The notes beneath the pieces were generated by a model, which had not been told where the DNA came from, did no database searches, and was given only the letters and a program-made list of their open reading frames with translations. A stretch of DNA of 64,000 nt from Balanoglossus misakiensis (taxonomy: Eukaryota > Animalia > Hemichordata): positions 9,985,129-10,049,128 of the forward strand of contig CM082576.2 of assembly GCA_040954595.2 (NCBI GenBank), given 5' to 3'. Made by a program: the position numbers and the translations under genes. Positions 1-13,600 of this stretch are shown piece after piece. Each line of letters starts with the position of its first letter. Positions within the stretch are counted from its first letter, which is position 1.

Positions 1-3000
1 CAACTCATTCTCTTGATCGTTATCGTTGTCGTTCTCATCACTCTCGTCCAACACATCTGTGGAGTCGTTCTCTACCAGGTTCTCTGTGATTTGGCCTGTG
101 GAGAAAGAGTTGTAGTGTATCATCATCATCACTCACAATCTCTGCTATTTTTACCATCAGTCACAGTCTTTCTCTTACCCCTGATACACATTCCCCTCTG
201 TACAGTACATCCACATGTGCATGTTGAGGGGGAAATTTCAACTCTACAGGGAAGAGTTCACACAACGTCTAACTTACGCTGTGCCAACCGTACACTTTTA
301 ATACTATTTGAAGTCCATTGACAAAGCTTTGAATGAGCTTTTTGTATATTCAGTATGGAGGGGGGAAAAATTGCCTGGAGCTTGGTCTGTCTGCTGTGTT
401 TTGTGTTAAATGTATCAACGGCACACTTGCTGTCATTTTCGATAATATTTCAAAATTTTTCCTGTGTACAGGTTTTATTTCACCCATTCTGCTCCCTGAC
501 ACATTAAAACTCCCCGATTACGCAACACATTGGCCCATCTTTTTGTTACTACAGAAGGGCACATTCAAAACTGTAATTTATGGAATCGCCTATTTAGAGG
601 CAAGGATTAGGACAGTATTTTTTTTAACATCAATTTCTGTGGTTGGTGAATTGATAAGGCAGCTTTCCAATTCTGAAATTTATATTTTTCTCTTTTCTTT
701 CTACCATAAACTTTATATTCGTGGATGAGCTCATGTATTCTAAAGTTTTCTGAAACTGATGGCAGGTTTCATATTTGATATGAACACAATTTTGCACCAC
801 CTACATTGTGTCGCACTTGTGGAATAATTGCCTCATATGTCATTTTTTTATTGCTTCAATTTCAAAAGCCTCACTCAAACAACACAATTTACAGTGATAT
901 CTAATTTTATAAGGCCGACCGGGTACAGGTATATATATTAACTGTACACATAATAGAATATATTTGTTAATCAAAATAAGAGTAATTGTGATCGTATGTT
1001 CAGTAACTAATCCCCCCCCCCCAACTCATGTACTGAGAATGAACCATCTATCAAAGGACACAAAATTACCTTCTTGCAATGGAACTTCACCTAAGCAGTC
1101 CTTTGCCACCTTGTCTGCACACTTCTTATGGCAGTTGAACTTGCAATCTGCAAACCAAAAAAAATTATGTCACCACTTTTAACCTTTTCACCGTCATAGT
1201 CAACTTGTCGTCACCTTTCAAAAAATAAACCTGCGTAACTTTTTCAACACTTGTTCTCTAATTTTGATTACAACCTGAAGATAATGGAAAATTATGACCA
1301 TTTGGTCTAAAATTAAGGGAGGGGGAGCAATTAGAGAAAAAATGAGAAAATGTTGAAATTGTGCACCTCATTTTGACCAAAAAATGTGGCATTCAACAAG
1401 TTGACAATGAAGAAATGGCTCCAATAAATATCATTTTTGTATCTATAACCCTACAGCTAATTTAACGAGTTTATGAAGTGGAGAGTAATCAAACTTTTGC
1501 TCTTTTTTCAAAGGCTGATAACCGGTCACTGTTTGCTCTGTCTTTCATTTTTAATGACTATAAGTGAAGGGTGTTTATTCTTTTATTCTTTATGCACACA
1601 GGGTGCCTGAGGCGCCACTGCAGAAGTAACATCTGCTTCACACAAATCATTACGACAGATACAGCTCTGCTGAAGACATGAGGTCAACAGAATCTATGTC
1701 ACCACAATAGGGGGGTCATTTGGTTGTCACAAACACAAATTCAATAATGCAAGGGGGGAACTATTGACCAGATATCAACAGACGGCAAAGCGGGGACTTG
1801 ACTGTCTGGGGACAAGAAAGGTTCTGAAACAGACGGCAGAAAAAAGAACTGCAGTTTCACCGAGAATTGTTGAAAGTTGCAGGTAAAGGGGACACATGGG
1901 AAAAGTTCATAGTGAGTGGGTGGAATGACCGGCTACTGAACCCTGGTTCACCTCTGGTGTCCCGTACGAGCTGATGTTATTACATGTACTACAACCAACA
2001 GGCAAATTCTGCACTGATTTATCGATAACAGGTTTCCAAGTTCACATGTTCATACCGACTTTCCAGTTATTTACTATATTCTGGTTATTCTGGGGACATA
2101 TATTTTGCCGGAGTTCAACAAACAACACAAACTGTGAAGAACTTGGGCTTCTTACACGCACTGTGTGTGCACGCACACCCACACCCACCTTTGCACTGCA
2201 GTCCTTGTCGGAACAGACCACGGAGGAGTTTCTTGCAAAGCTGGCAGATTGTTGGCTTTGTGTACGAATGAATTGCAAAAGTGTGCGGAACTTTGATGCG
2301 ACTGGCCACTGCTTTCTCCACCCAGATGGGTCGCCCACTCCAAGAGGTGGACCGCTTGTCACGTGATAGGCTATCAGACTTTAAGTGATTCTGTAGGGAG
2401 AGAAGGGAATCATTTAGGAAATGTGTTATGATTAATCACATGCAGAGTGATCATAAAATAATAAATTTGTTAATTTAAATACTGACAATTGTGCAAATTT
2501 TGTCTCGGGGGGGGGGGGGGGGTTCATTGACTTTTTATGTACCATCGACGGCATCACTACTTTGCTACTTTGCAATGGTACATGTAAGTTGGCAAGGCCG
2601 GTCATCTTGTTCAAATGCGCGGATTGGGTAGATCTCTGATACATATTAAAACTCCGAATAGCACACATGTGTTACACAAGCTTTAGCTTAGTGCCTTTTA
2701 CCTTTACATAATAAAACACACAGCTACATTGCATATGTCAGAGTCAATACTTCATCAAGTGACTTTAGATATCCAAGCTGTCACATTACAAATGTCATAA
2801 TGAGTTTTCCTATATTATACAATCCTCTATTACTTGTCAGGTGAACAATGCAGGAATTATGTTAAATCTTACAATAATTCGAGGGGCGCTAATTTTGGCC
2901 AAGTTTCACACTAAACATTCAAGTTGACTTCTTCCATGCGGACACAATATAAGAAACATCCTGGTAAAAAAAAATTAACCAATTATCAAAAAATCTCTTT

Positions 3001-4640
3001 TAAAAAAATGTTGACATTTTCACGCAGCAGTCATCGTCCCTTTGTTAAATGCTCTCGGTTCAGCCTACACCTTCTCTAAATTGCAGACTTTAGTTAGTTT
3101 GTGGTGTACTTAGAGATTGTTTCATGCGTTCATCCATGCACATCAGTCTGTACACAGCTCACAGAGCTCAAACCTGACTGTAGGTGGCACTATTCACTGA
3201 CATGGTATATTCTGACTGGGGATTTGAAAGCAGTCTGAATCTAAATGCACAACCAAACTTCAGTGACCTGCACGAAAAACTTCAGGGTTCATTTCAGAGT
3301 TCAATGATATTGAACACTGGCTCGATTAAACAGACTGCAGTTGGCACTTTTTATGGATGCAGTCAATTCTGAGCAGGGGATTGAGTGCAGTGTTGAAGAC
3401 GAGCAGCCAGTGTGCAGTGCAGCTGATGGCTGTAGCAGTAAATGATGTAGAAAGGAGAAATAACATTGAGTCTGGAGCAAAAGTTGTGCCCCCCCCCCAA
3501 GTCAAAGTGTAAAGGCCTCAGTTTCATTCTTTCTGCTGAAAATGGTTATTTTGTCAAATACCCCCCTCTCTCTCTCACACACATACAATGTACATGTTGA
3601 CAATTGACAAGCAGAAAAACTGGATGTGTTGGGATACCATAGGAAGGAAAGCAAGAAACTGGGGTTGACACACAGAACAAAAAATACTGAAAAACAATTA
3701 TTCACAAGCACTTGTTTACCTCTTCAAAGACATGGCTGGTGTCAATGGGCCAGGGTAAAGTACTAGAGGTAAATGCTGTTGAGGATCTTCGTCTCCTGGC
3801 AAAACTACAATTATTAGGAATCTTGTACGCACACCTTTTATGGAAGTTACCACCACAGCCTGTAAAGTTTGCAAAAATGGGAGTTGTTAGACGTATCCAT
3901 TCAGTGATGTTCTATATCCAAGGTGTATACGTTAAATTCTAATTTACATATGCATGCCTTGATACATATATGGTCAAAAGGGCATCTGAGTTTTCGAATG
4001 ACCGTGTGAGGGCGCACTTTATTTTGTGGGTGTGCCACCCACTGAAAATCTGTGATTTGCTAGTATACATGTACATGTATTTGAATTTTCCATGGGGAGA
4101 TGGGAGAAGCACTTAATGCAGAAGGGAGAAAACTTACCGTCACATTTCAGACCTTGCCTCACAAGGCCAAAGAGCATTTCTCCACAGAAATCACAAAATG
4201 TTGGTGATTTGTAGGAATGTACAAATAAAGTATGAGGTCTGATATGTGTGTCTTCTATGTTGACGGAAGCTGTGGACGCAAGAGTATATAAAAAAAGTGC
4301 TGAGTACGAAACGATACACGGCTTAAACAACCAAGGCTCTTCCTAGTCCTTCTGCCAGACATCGCTGGTCTGCAAAATTTTACACTAGTAATAAAGTGGC
4401 TAATCTTACCTGAGAGCACCACTTCAATAAGACAACCTTCAGTCACATCACTTGGCATAGTAACTAGCTTTAAGACATTACTGGCAGTCACATCATGACG
4501 GAATAGTAGAATCTTCTCGTTGATATTATAAAATCCACTCTCAGGGTACTGTGGATCAAAGGAAAGAGATAAATTAGCATCAGTGACAATTTGTTCACAG
4601 TAAAAATACAGTTATATTATGATGAGTATGTATGTATGTA

Positions 4641-4677
<37 letters not shown>

Positions 4678-7600
4678 ATGTATGTATGTATGTATCTGCT
4701 AGTCTCCAGAGCAATTAAACTTCTCTGCTCAATCACTTGTAACATCGCACCTCACAACAGAATGTCATATCAACTTTTGCTGACCAGTGGGGGTTGCATA
4801 TGGAGAGGTCAAATGCAGGTACCAAACAAAAGCAAGCAGGCGGACGCAAGGTCACACTGTCCACCATGAAAGTGACCAATTACTACTAGAATCACCAGGC
4901 CGTTGACATGGGAATATCTCATTAACAACCTCGCCTAATTAGTCCCAGAGAGACTTAAAAAATTACATGTACGGATGGAGAGGATACAGTGGTAATGAAG
5001 GAAAGAAACACCACAATGTAGGATCAGTTGCAGACTGAATATCCACGGGTGAAACCTGAGAGGGTTTTATTCATCAACATTGTACTGAGACACGTTATTC
5101 AAAATAAGGAATTTAATTATCTAAAATTTTAATTATGAGTTTGTATAAGATATAAAGGCAGAGGAAGCATCACATGGTCCCACATTTGGAGCTCACATTT
5201 CAACATGATTCCCTCCAATGTTTTCTGAATTAATAATCCAGCGGGGACTATGTCATTGACAATAACTGATGTGTTTTGTATTTTGCAGACAGTCACATAT
5301 ACATGTATAAAGCAGTCTGAATGTGTTTGCATGGTGATATTTGCATGCTAGGGAATCAATTTGCTATTACAAATGTATGGATCGTATCTATTTCTTGTTA
5401 GTTTGAATGCAGGCCAGCAGGTCCAAATGTGGCCAGTGGTGGTGCTATCTATAGCAATCGACCACAAATGATGGCAGATGATCACCTACGCGAGAACAAC
5501 ATGCCTACTGAACAGCTGTTTGCTGAAAAGACCCAAGATTTTGACATTTTGCAATTTCATGAATTGCTGACTGATGCCAACAGACATTCAGCCTACATGT
5601 ACATGAATGTGCTCTGTGTCGCTTAGATGGTGTTGAATCATGTCTCCCCCAGTTTGATAGACAAACTACACTGCTAGCATGTATCTCTGTGAGTGCCTGG
5701 CATTAGGCATGCCTCCACTGATACAATCCAGAATGCAGATAGATATGACCAGGCAGCTACGATGCCTTACATACATAAACTCCACCATCTTGACATATAT
5801 GGTCTCTTTAAGGCAGTTTAATGTCCTGAGATATCGCATCACAACTGAAAACACCATGCCAGAGACCCATCCATGTGCCAAGCTTGTGCTATGTGATATA
5901 TACAACTTTGACCTTGTTTGACCTTGAATTTAAGTCAATGTCACTGAAAGCTCCCACACTGTCAGTAGTAGCGGCTTTTCAACAAGTCCAACATTCTAAT
6001 GCCGCACATTCACAAGTAAATCATTCCATGGACAACTGACGTGCTATCCTGGTGGATATTTATACATGACGGTGCAAAAAACTGAAAATGAAATACACAT
6101 TGGAGAGTTTGACAAAATGCATTAGAACGTACTGCATTAATGATCACAACTGTGCACTTTCACGGTGGCACATCAAAAATGCACTTCAATTTTCTTAATT
6201 AAATAACAATCGATAGGTAATGTAGTTAGCTTTCCAAGGAGACAGAGGGTTGAAAAAAAAGTAGGTTGGTTATATAATTTCCAAGAAGAACTGGGGAGAA
6301 AATGACACAATGCAGGGCAGGTACAAGATACATATAGGTTTTTTATAAGCTAGCAGTTAAGTTGTGGCTCCCATCACAGACTGCTGTGCCACAACCTGAC
6401 CACACCAGATACCAGATCAAGAGACCATCCAGACTCGCAGACCGTCCAGGCTATCCACCAAACCATCAATTAACGTTTCGGTCACAGATGGTTTTTCTTC
6501 TTTTTTTGCACATAGACACGCTGCAACAGGCTAGTGTCATGCCGATTATGAATGTGGTCAAATATATCCTACAGTAACGGGGAACCATGAAATCAATTTA
6601 CAATGTGGGGCAGTGTCCCCCCCATATTTTGATGGAACTCTCTTGTGTAATGTATTAGACAAATTGATTGATTGGATGGAAGGTGGCCGCCACTTGTTCT
6701 GCGATCATGCCCAGACATTGCTCAAACAAGTTGTCGGGGATATTGAGAACAGCATTAATGGAAATAAAAATGGCAACACTTTTGAGTTTTGACGTAGCAT
6801 CCTAAAAAACTGCCCGACCGGTTGCCAGGCGAAGAGTGGGATTCTAGATTACCCTCAGCTAGATAAAAGCAATTTCCAGAATATAGCTGCAAGCAGCGAT
6901 GACGGGCCCAAGCTTAAGCCGAAGGTCAAAGGTCATAAGTGGTCACCCAAAATTTGGGCAAGAAATTTTGACCCCATACTGGTCCGTGTCCCACAAGAAC
7001 AAAATCTCTAGCCCTATTGGTTCGCCTACAATTATGTATGTGCATTATTAATGAGGTAAAGTGTAAGGCTCCATCAGGAGTTCCATCCCTCCAAATGCCA
7101 CGGCTGTAGCTGCTGTGCATGCCGAGATATGGTAAAGTAGGTCAAAGGTCACCTGAGGTCACCCAAAATTTGGGCAAGAAATTTTGACCCCATACTGGTT
7201 CATGTTCAGCAAAAATCAAACCTCTAGTCCTATTGGTTGGCCTGGAATTAGGTATGCACATAATTAATGAGATAAGCAGGTGTCACAGGTGACCCTCAAT
7301 TTTGGCTTTTAAATTTTAGTCCCAACCCTCCAAACGCCAAGTCTGTACCTGCTCAGGATGCCGAGATATAGGAAAGTAGGTCAAAGGTCACCTGAGGTCA
7401 CCCAAAATTTGGGCAATTTTTTTTACCCTATACTGGTCCATGTCCCACAAGCACAAAACCTCTAGCCCTATTAGTTAGCCCAGAATTAGGTATGCACATA
7501 ATTAATGAGTTAAGCAGGTGTTACAGGTGAGCCCAAAATTTTGCCTTTTATTTTGGTCCCATTTTGCTCACGGGCCAATAGAGAGTCACAGTACAGGACC

Positions 7601-10600
7601 ATTGCACAGATGTGGACATAGCATCATAGCTTAACTATAGAAAGTATAGGCCTATGGCTGGGTCCAAAAAATATGAAATATAATATTTAAAAATCTTCTC
7701 CTCAAAATTGACTTGGCCCAGAGCCTTGAAATTTAGCATGTAGGACACTAACCATATGGTCCGCAAAATGATTGCACAGAATTTCGATATCTCCATTCAT
7801 ATGCAAATTAGGCCCATTTGAAAACTTTGCCCATATATGGTCATCAGGTCACGTGACTAATTAAACATTCACAAGAGTACAACTCATGCTCTCATTGGCC
7901 TGCACCATTGTGCCAAGTTTGAGATTTGTAGGTTCAGCCGTTTTCAAGATGTACTTGACGAAAAAAACTACACAAGAAAAAGAAGTAGAAGAATATAGCT
8001 GCAAGCAGCGATGACGGGCCCAAGCTTAAGCCGAAGGTCAAAGGTCATAAGTGGTCACCCAAAATTTGGGCAAGAAATTTTGACCCCATACTGGTCCGTG
8101 TCCCACAAGAACAAAATCTCTAGCCTATTGGTTCGCCTACAATTATGTATGTGCATAATTAATGAGGTAAAGTGTAAGGCTCCATCAGGAGTTCCATCCC
8201 TCCAAATGCCAAGGCTGTAGCTGCTGTGCATGCCGAGATATGGTAAAGTAGGTCAAAGGTCACCCGAGGTCACCCAAAATTTGGGCAAGAAATTTTGACC
8301 CCATACTGGTTCATGTTCAGCAAAAACCAAACCTCTAGTCCTATTGGTTGGCCTGGAATTAGGTATGCACATAATTAATGAGATAAGCAGGTGTCACAGG
8401 TGACCCTCAATTTTGGCTTTTAAATTTTAGTCCCAACCCTCCAAACGCCAAGTCTGTACCTGCTCTGGATGCCGAGATATAGGAAAGTAGGTCAAAGGTC
8501 ACCTGAGGTCACCCAAAATTTGGGCAATTTTTTTTACCCTTTACTGGTCCATGTCCCACAAGCACAAAACCTCTAGCCCTATTAGTTAGCCCAGAATTAG
8601 GTATGCACATAATTAATGAGTTAAGCAGGTGTTACAGGTGAGCCCAAAATTTTGCCTTTTATTTTGGTCCCATTCTGCTCACGGGCCAATAGAGAGTCAC
8701 AGTACAGGACCATTGCACAGGTGTGGACATAGCATCATAGCTTAACTATAGAAAGTATAGGCCTATGGCTGGGTCCAAAAAATATGAAATATAATATTTA
8801 AAAATCTTCTTCTCAAAATTGACTTGGCCCAGAGCCTTGAAATTTAGCATGTAGGACACTGACCATATGGTCCGCAAAATGATTGCACAGAATTTTGATA
8901 TCATCATTCATATGCAAATTAGGCCCATTTGAAAACTTTGCCCATATATGGTCATCAGGTCATGTGACTAATTACACATTCACGAGGGTACTGCACGAGC
9001 TCTCATAGACCTGCACCATTGTGCCAAGTTTGAGATTTGTAGGTTCAGCCGTTTTCAAGATCTACCTGAGCAAAAAAACTACACAAGAAAAAAAAAAAAA
9101 AAAATATAGCTGCAAGCAGCAATAGCGGGCCCAAGCCAACATAGCACATAGCACATAGCAACATAGCAATAAGCATATCTGCTCTGGATGCCAAGATATG
9201 GTAAAGTAGGTCAAAGGTCACCTGAGGTCATGCAAAATTTGGGCAAGAAATTTTGACCCTATACTGGTGCATGTTCAACAAAAACCAAACCTATAGCCCT
9301 ATTGGTTAGCCTGGAATTAGGTATGCACATAATTAATGAGGTAGGCAGGTGTCACAGGTGATCCCCAATTTTGGCTTTTCAATTTCAGTCCCAACCCTCC
9401 AAACGGCAAGTCTGTACCTGCTCTGGATGCCAAGATCTGGTAAAGTAGGTCAAAGGTCACCCAAGGTCAAGCAAAATTTGGGCAAGAAATTTTGAACCTA
9501 TACTGGTCCATGTTCAACAAAAACCAAACCTATAGCCCTATTGGTTAGCCTGGAATTAGGTATGCACATAATTAATGAGATATACAGGTGTCACAGGTGA
9601 CCCCCATTTTGGCTTTTCAATTTTAGTCCCAACCCTCCAAACGCCAAGTCTGTACCTGCTCTGGATGCCTATATATAGGAAAGTAGGTCAAAGGTCACCT
9701 GAGGTCACCCAAAATTTGGGCTAGAAATTTTGACCCTATACTGGTCCATGTTCAACAAAAACCAAACCTATAGCCCTATTGGTTAGCCTGGAATTAGGTA
9801 TGCACATGATTAATGAGGTAGGCAGGTGTGACAGGTGACCCCCAATTTTCGCTTTTCTATTTTAGTCCCAACCATCCAAATGCCAAGTCTGTACCTGCTC
9901 TGGATGCCAAGATCTGGTAAAGTAGGTCAAAGGTCACCTGAGGTCATGCAACATTTGGGCAAGAAATGTTGACCCTATACTGGTCCATGTTCAACAAAAA
10001 CCAAACCTATAGCCCTATTGGTTAGCCCTGAATTAGGTATGCACATAATTAATGAGGTAGACAGGTGTCACAGGTGACCCCCCAATCTTGGCTTTTCAAT
10101 TTTAGTCCCAACCCTCCAAACGCCAAGTCTGTACTTGCTCTGGATGCTTAGATATAGGAAAGTAGGTCAAAGGTCACCTGAGGTCACCCAAAATTTGGGC
10201 AAGAAATTTTGACCCCATACTGGTCCATGTCCCACAAGAACGAAACCTCTAGCCCTCTTAGTTAGCCCAGAATTAGGTATGCACATAATTAATGAGTTAA
10301 GCAGGTGTTACAGGTGAGCCTAAAATTTTGCCTTTTAGTTTGGTGCCATTGTGCTCACTGACCAATATATAGTCACTGTACAAGACTATTGCACAGACCA
10401 GAATTCCACAATAAGACATGGACATAGCTTAACCATAGAGGTATAAGTAAAGGTATAAATTTAATAAAAAAATGAATATAAAAAAATCGGTTGATTTTTC
10501 ATATTATTTTTTTCCGCTTAAAATTATTGACAAATGCTAGGCTAGCTGCACACCGTAGTTGGAGATGATCGGCCTAACAGATTTTGAGATATGTATGCAT

Positions 10601-13600
10601 ATTTATCCAAAATAATATGTTGTCATAGCTTAACTATGTAAAGTATAGGCACATGGCTTGGGCGAAAAATATGAAAAATAATACTTAAAAATCTTCTTCT
10701 CAAAATTGACATGGCCTATGGCCTTGACATTTGGCATGTAGAACCCTGGCTATGTGGTCCACAAAGCATCTGAACAGAATTTTGATATCTCCATTCATAT
10801 GCAAATTAGGCCGATTTGAAAATTTTGCCCATATATGGTCATCAGGTCACATGACTTATTAAACATTCACAAGGGTACTGCACCAGCTCTCATTGGCCTG
10901 CACCATTGTGCTAAGTTTGAAATTGGTTGGTTCAGCCGTTCTCCAGATCTACTTGACAAAAAAAACGGCACAAGAAGAAAAAGAAGAAGAAAAACTCCAG
11001 TAAAAACAATAGGGCCCAAGCCTGCTGGGCTTGGGCCCTAAAGATGAAAAACCCCAGTAATACCAATAGGGCACAAGCCTGCTTGGCTTGTGCCCTAAAA
11101 AACCCCAGTAAAACCAATAGGGCCCAAGCCTGCTGGGCTTGGGCCCTAAAAAATCAGCTCAGTGATATTTAAGTGTAAAATAATAACTCCCCTGGACTAC
11201 AAGCTATTCTGTGCTTTATGGCAGATTGGCAGTACCAGTAGCTATAAAGACCTCAACACAGCAATTGATACATGTACACTAAAGCCAAGTACGTACAACA
11301 ACCCACGTTTCTAAGCCTTTTTGGGACATGAATTGTCTTACAGCACAGCCACCTCCATGCTACACAAAACCACAGACTCCAACCCGAGGGTCTGTCACTC
11401 AACTGGGTTGCTCCAAATTTCTACCAAAAACTGGATCATGGTACAGCATTTACTTGCAAACAACACAGTGAAAGTGTTGGGTCCAGTGCATGCAGGGTTG
11501 CATTTCCAGAGCATAAATGCTGGTAGTAAAGCGTTAGAACGTACGGGCAGTCCAGCCGTCACTTTTGACGTGGCGGCCTGTTGGCTGATGCACCCATGTA
11601 AAAGGCCTCTACTACTCTAGTACAGAAGACTAGGAAATCTAGAGCTGACTAGCCATGTCACATTTCATTTTTCATTTACTGGCACACACTGGCGTCTGAG
11701 AAAAGCCTGTGAACAACAGCAAGACATATTGAATCACACATGGAAATGAAAAATTTCTTTTATTTTGCTAGTCACAGTATTTAGGGAACTAATGGCCGTA
11801 TGGATATACAGGTCACTCCTCTTGGATTAGACTGAAAAAATAAAGCAACATGCAAATGCATATAAATGTAGTCTAGAAAACCCAATCGCCAATAATCATT
11901 CAGTTCACCATACTAGAGTTTTCACGGCTGGCCCTACATGTACATACTAATAACAACTGACTCATTATCACAGGTCAACATAACTGAAGATCTCAACACT
12001 GATCACCCAGCTCATTAATCTGACATATTTGAACCCTCGGTGGACTGAACTTACGCATATATACAGTGTATGTATCATTGATACATGGTGTAAATTAACT
12101 TGGAGAAACAAATTTCTTGTTTTCAGTCATTTCTCTCCTAGGGGATGTAATGTCCAAAGCTACAATAATTGCAGCTCATCGTACACTACAAGTACAACAT
12201 GACTAGGATGAAACCCGTAATGAAATTAATTTCAGTCACGACTTCGGCCCACGTTGATTACGCAAGAACCATGGATACCACACCATGACAACAACAGGAA
12301 ACGTACCTGGCCAGTAATGGTCAGATGCACAGTATTTGACTTTTTGTCTTTGTTCATATTGGCATTAAAAACGTGTCATCAACTCACATCTCATAATTGT
12401 TGTGAAGTTTCATTTGTTGACACTCCAAGCCAGTTTTGTCTAATCCCAGGTCCGTCTGACCCTGTCTGTTGGTCATTGTGTTATCTCAGCACATTAACTG
12501 AATATCAGTGTGACCTGGAACCATTTCACAGACACTCACGAAGTGGTACAGAGAGCACTTGCTACTCACAAAATATCTACTTTCACTTTTTGACAGTTTG
12601 GAGGGTTTTATGTTGAAGGGTGTCACTCTATGTGGGTTGAATGATGACACGTTTTTATTACAATTACATAAATTATAATATTCAATGCAATCCAATCCAA
12701 TAGTGCAAATATAAAGAAAATGTAATGGATTGAAAATTTATATAATTTCCTGAAGTATTCATGAAAACAAAATTTTACATTTCAGTTTACACCAGTTGAA
12801 GTGTAAACGAGATGTGACAGTTCACATTATAGTTGAACCATTGCTGTGAAACCCAACTAAAACGTTCAGTTCTTATTTGATGTGGTTGAACGCAATAAAC
12901 AACATATGCATAACCTTTTCGTGGAATTTGTTAAAAATAGACATCTTGTTTGCATACGGGCGATCCAGAATTGCTAAACCATGTAAATCCCAGGTACAAA
13001 TCTGGAGATACCTTGATTTCTTTCTTTTATGGTCAAATGTTTAAGTCAGTTATCTTCAAGTCGGGAAAAAAATAATGGAAATTTACGGTAGCAAATTCAG
13101 TCACTCGATCACCCTTACACAACACAGTCAGGGACAAATACAATAGCTTGATTAGCATACATTGTATTTATGCGCAATACCATTTTCCAAGTGATTTTTC
13201 CCCTTTTCAATTCCATCCCCAAAACTTAGCCAATAAGCAATTGACAAGATTAAGGTTCAGATGCAAAACAAACAATAACAGACAAATGCACAACTCGATT
13301 CAGGTCGGCCCTTAGAGATGGTGACATTTTATCGAAATGCCTGCTTCTGCAATTTGAAACAAAAATGGTGATTGTCCTTCTGGAAATGTTTCAGGTGAAA
13401 CCAAAGGATTCATCATGCAAACATGCAGTACTACATGTGCAAACTCTGTTTTAATTTTTTTTACAGACCTTCCCATTTCGGCCATTTTGAAAATTTTCAA
13501 ACGTCTCTACTCTTTTTAAGCCACAGTTCCACGTATTGCATCACAGCTCTGACCTCGACGCAACAGTACATCATCAAGTGCTGTGACCTAGAAGGTTCCA

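Noticed and set aside
6880-11150. Regularly spaced repeats and hairpins suggestive of a CRISPR array
   Set aside because: Eukaryotic intron, the spacers are themselves repeated, and no cas genes
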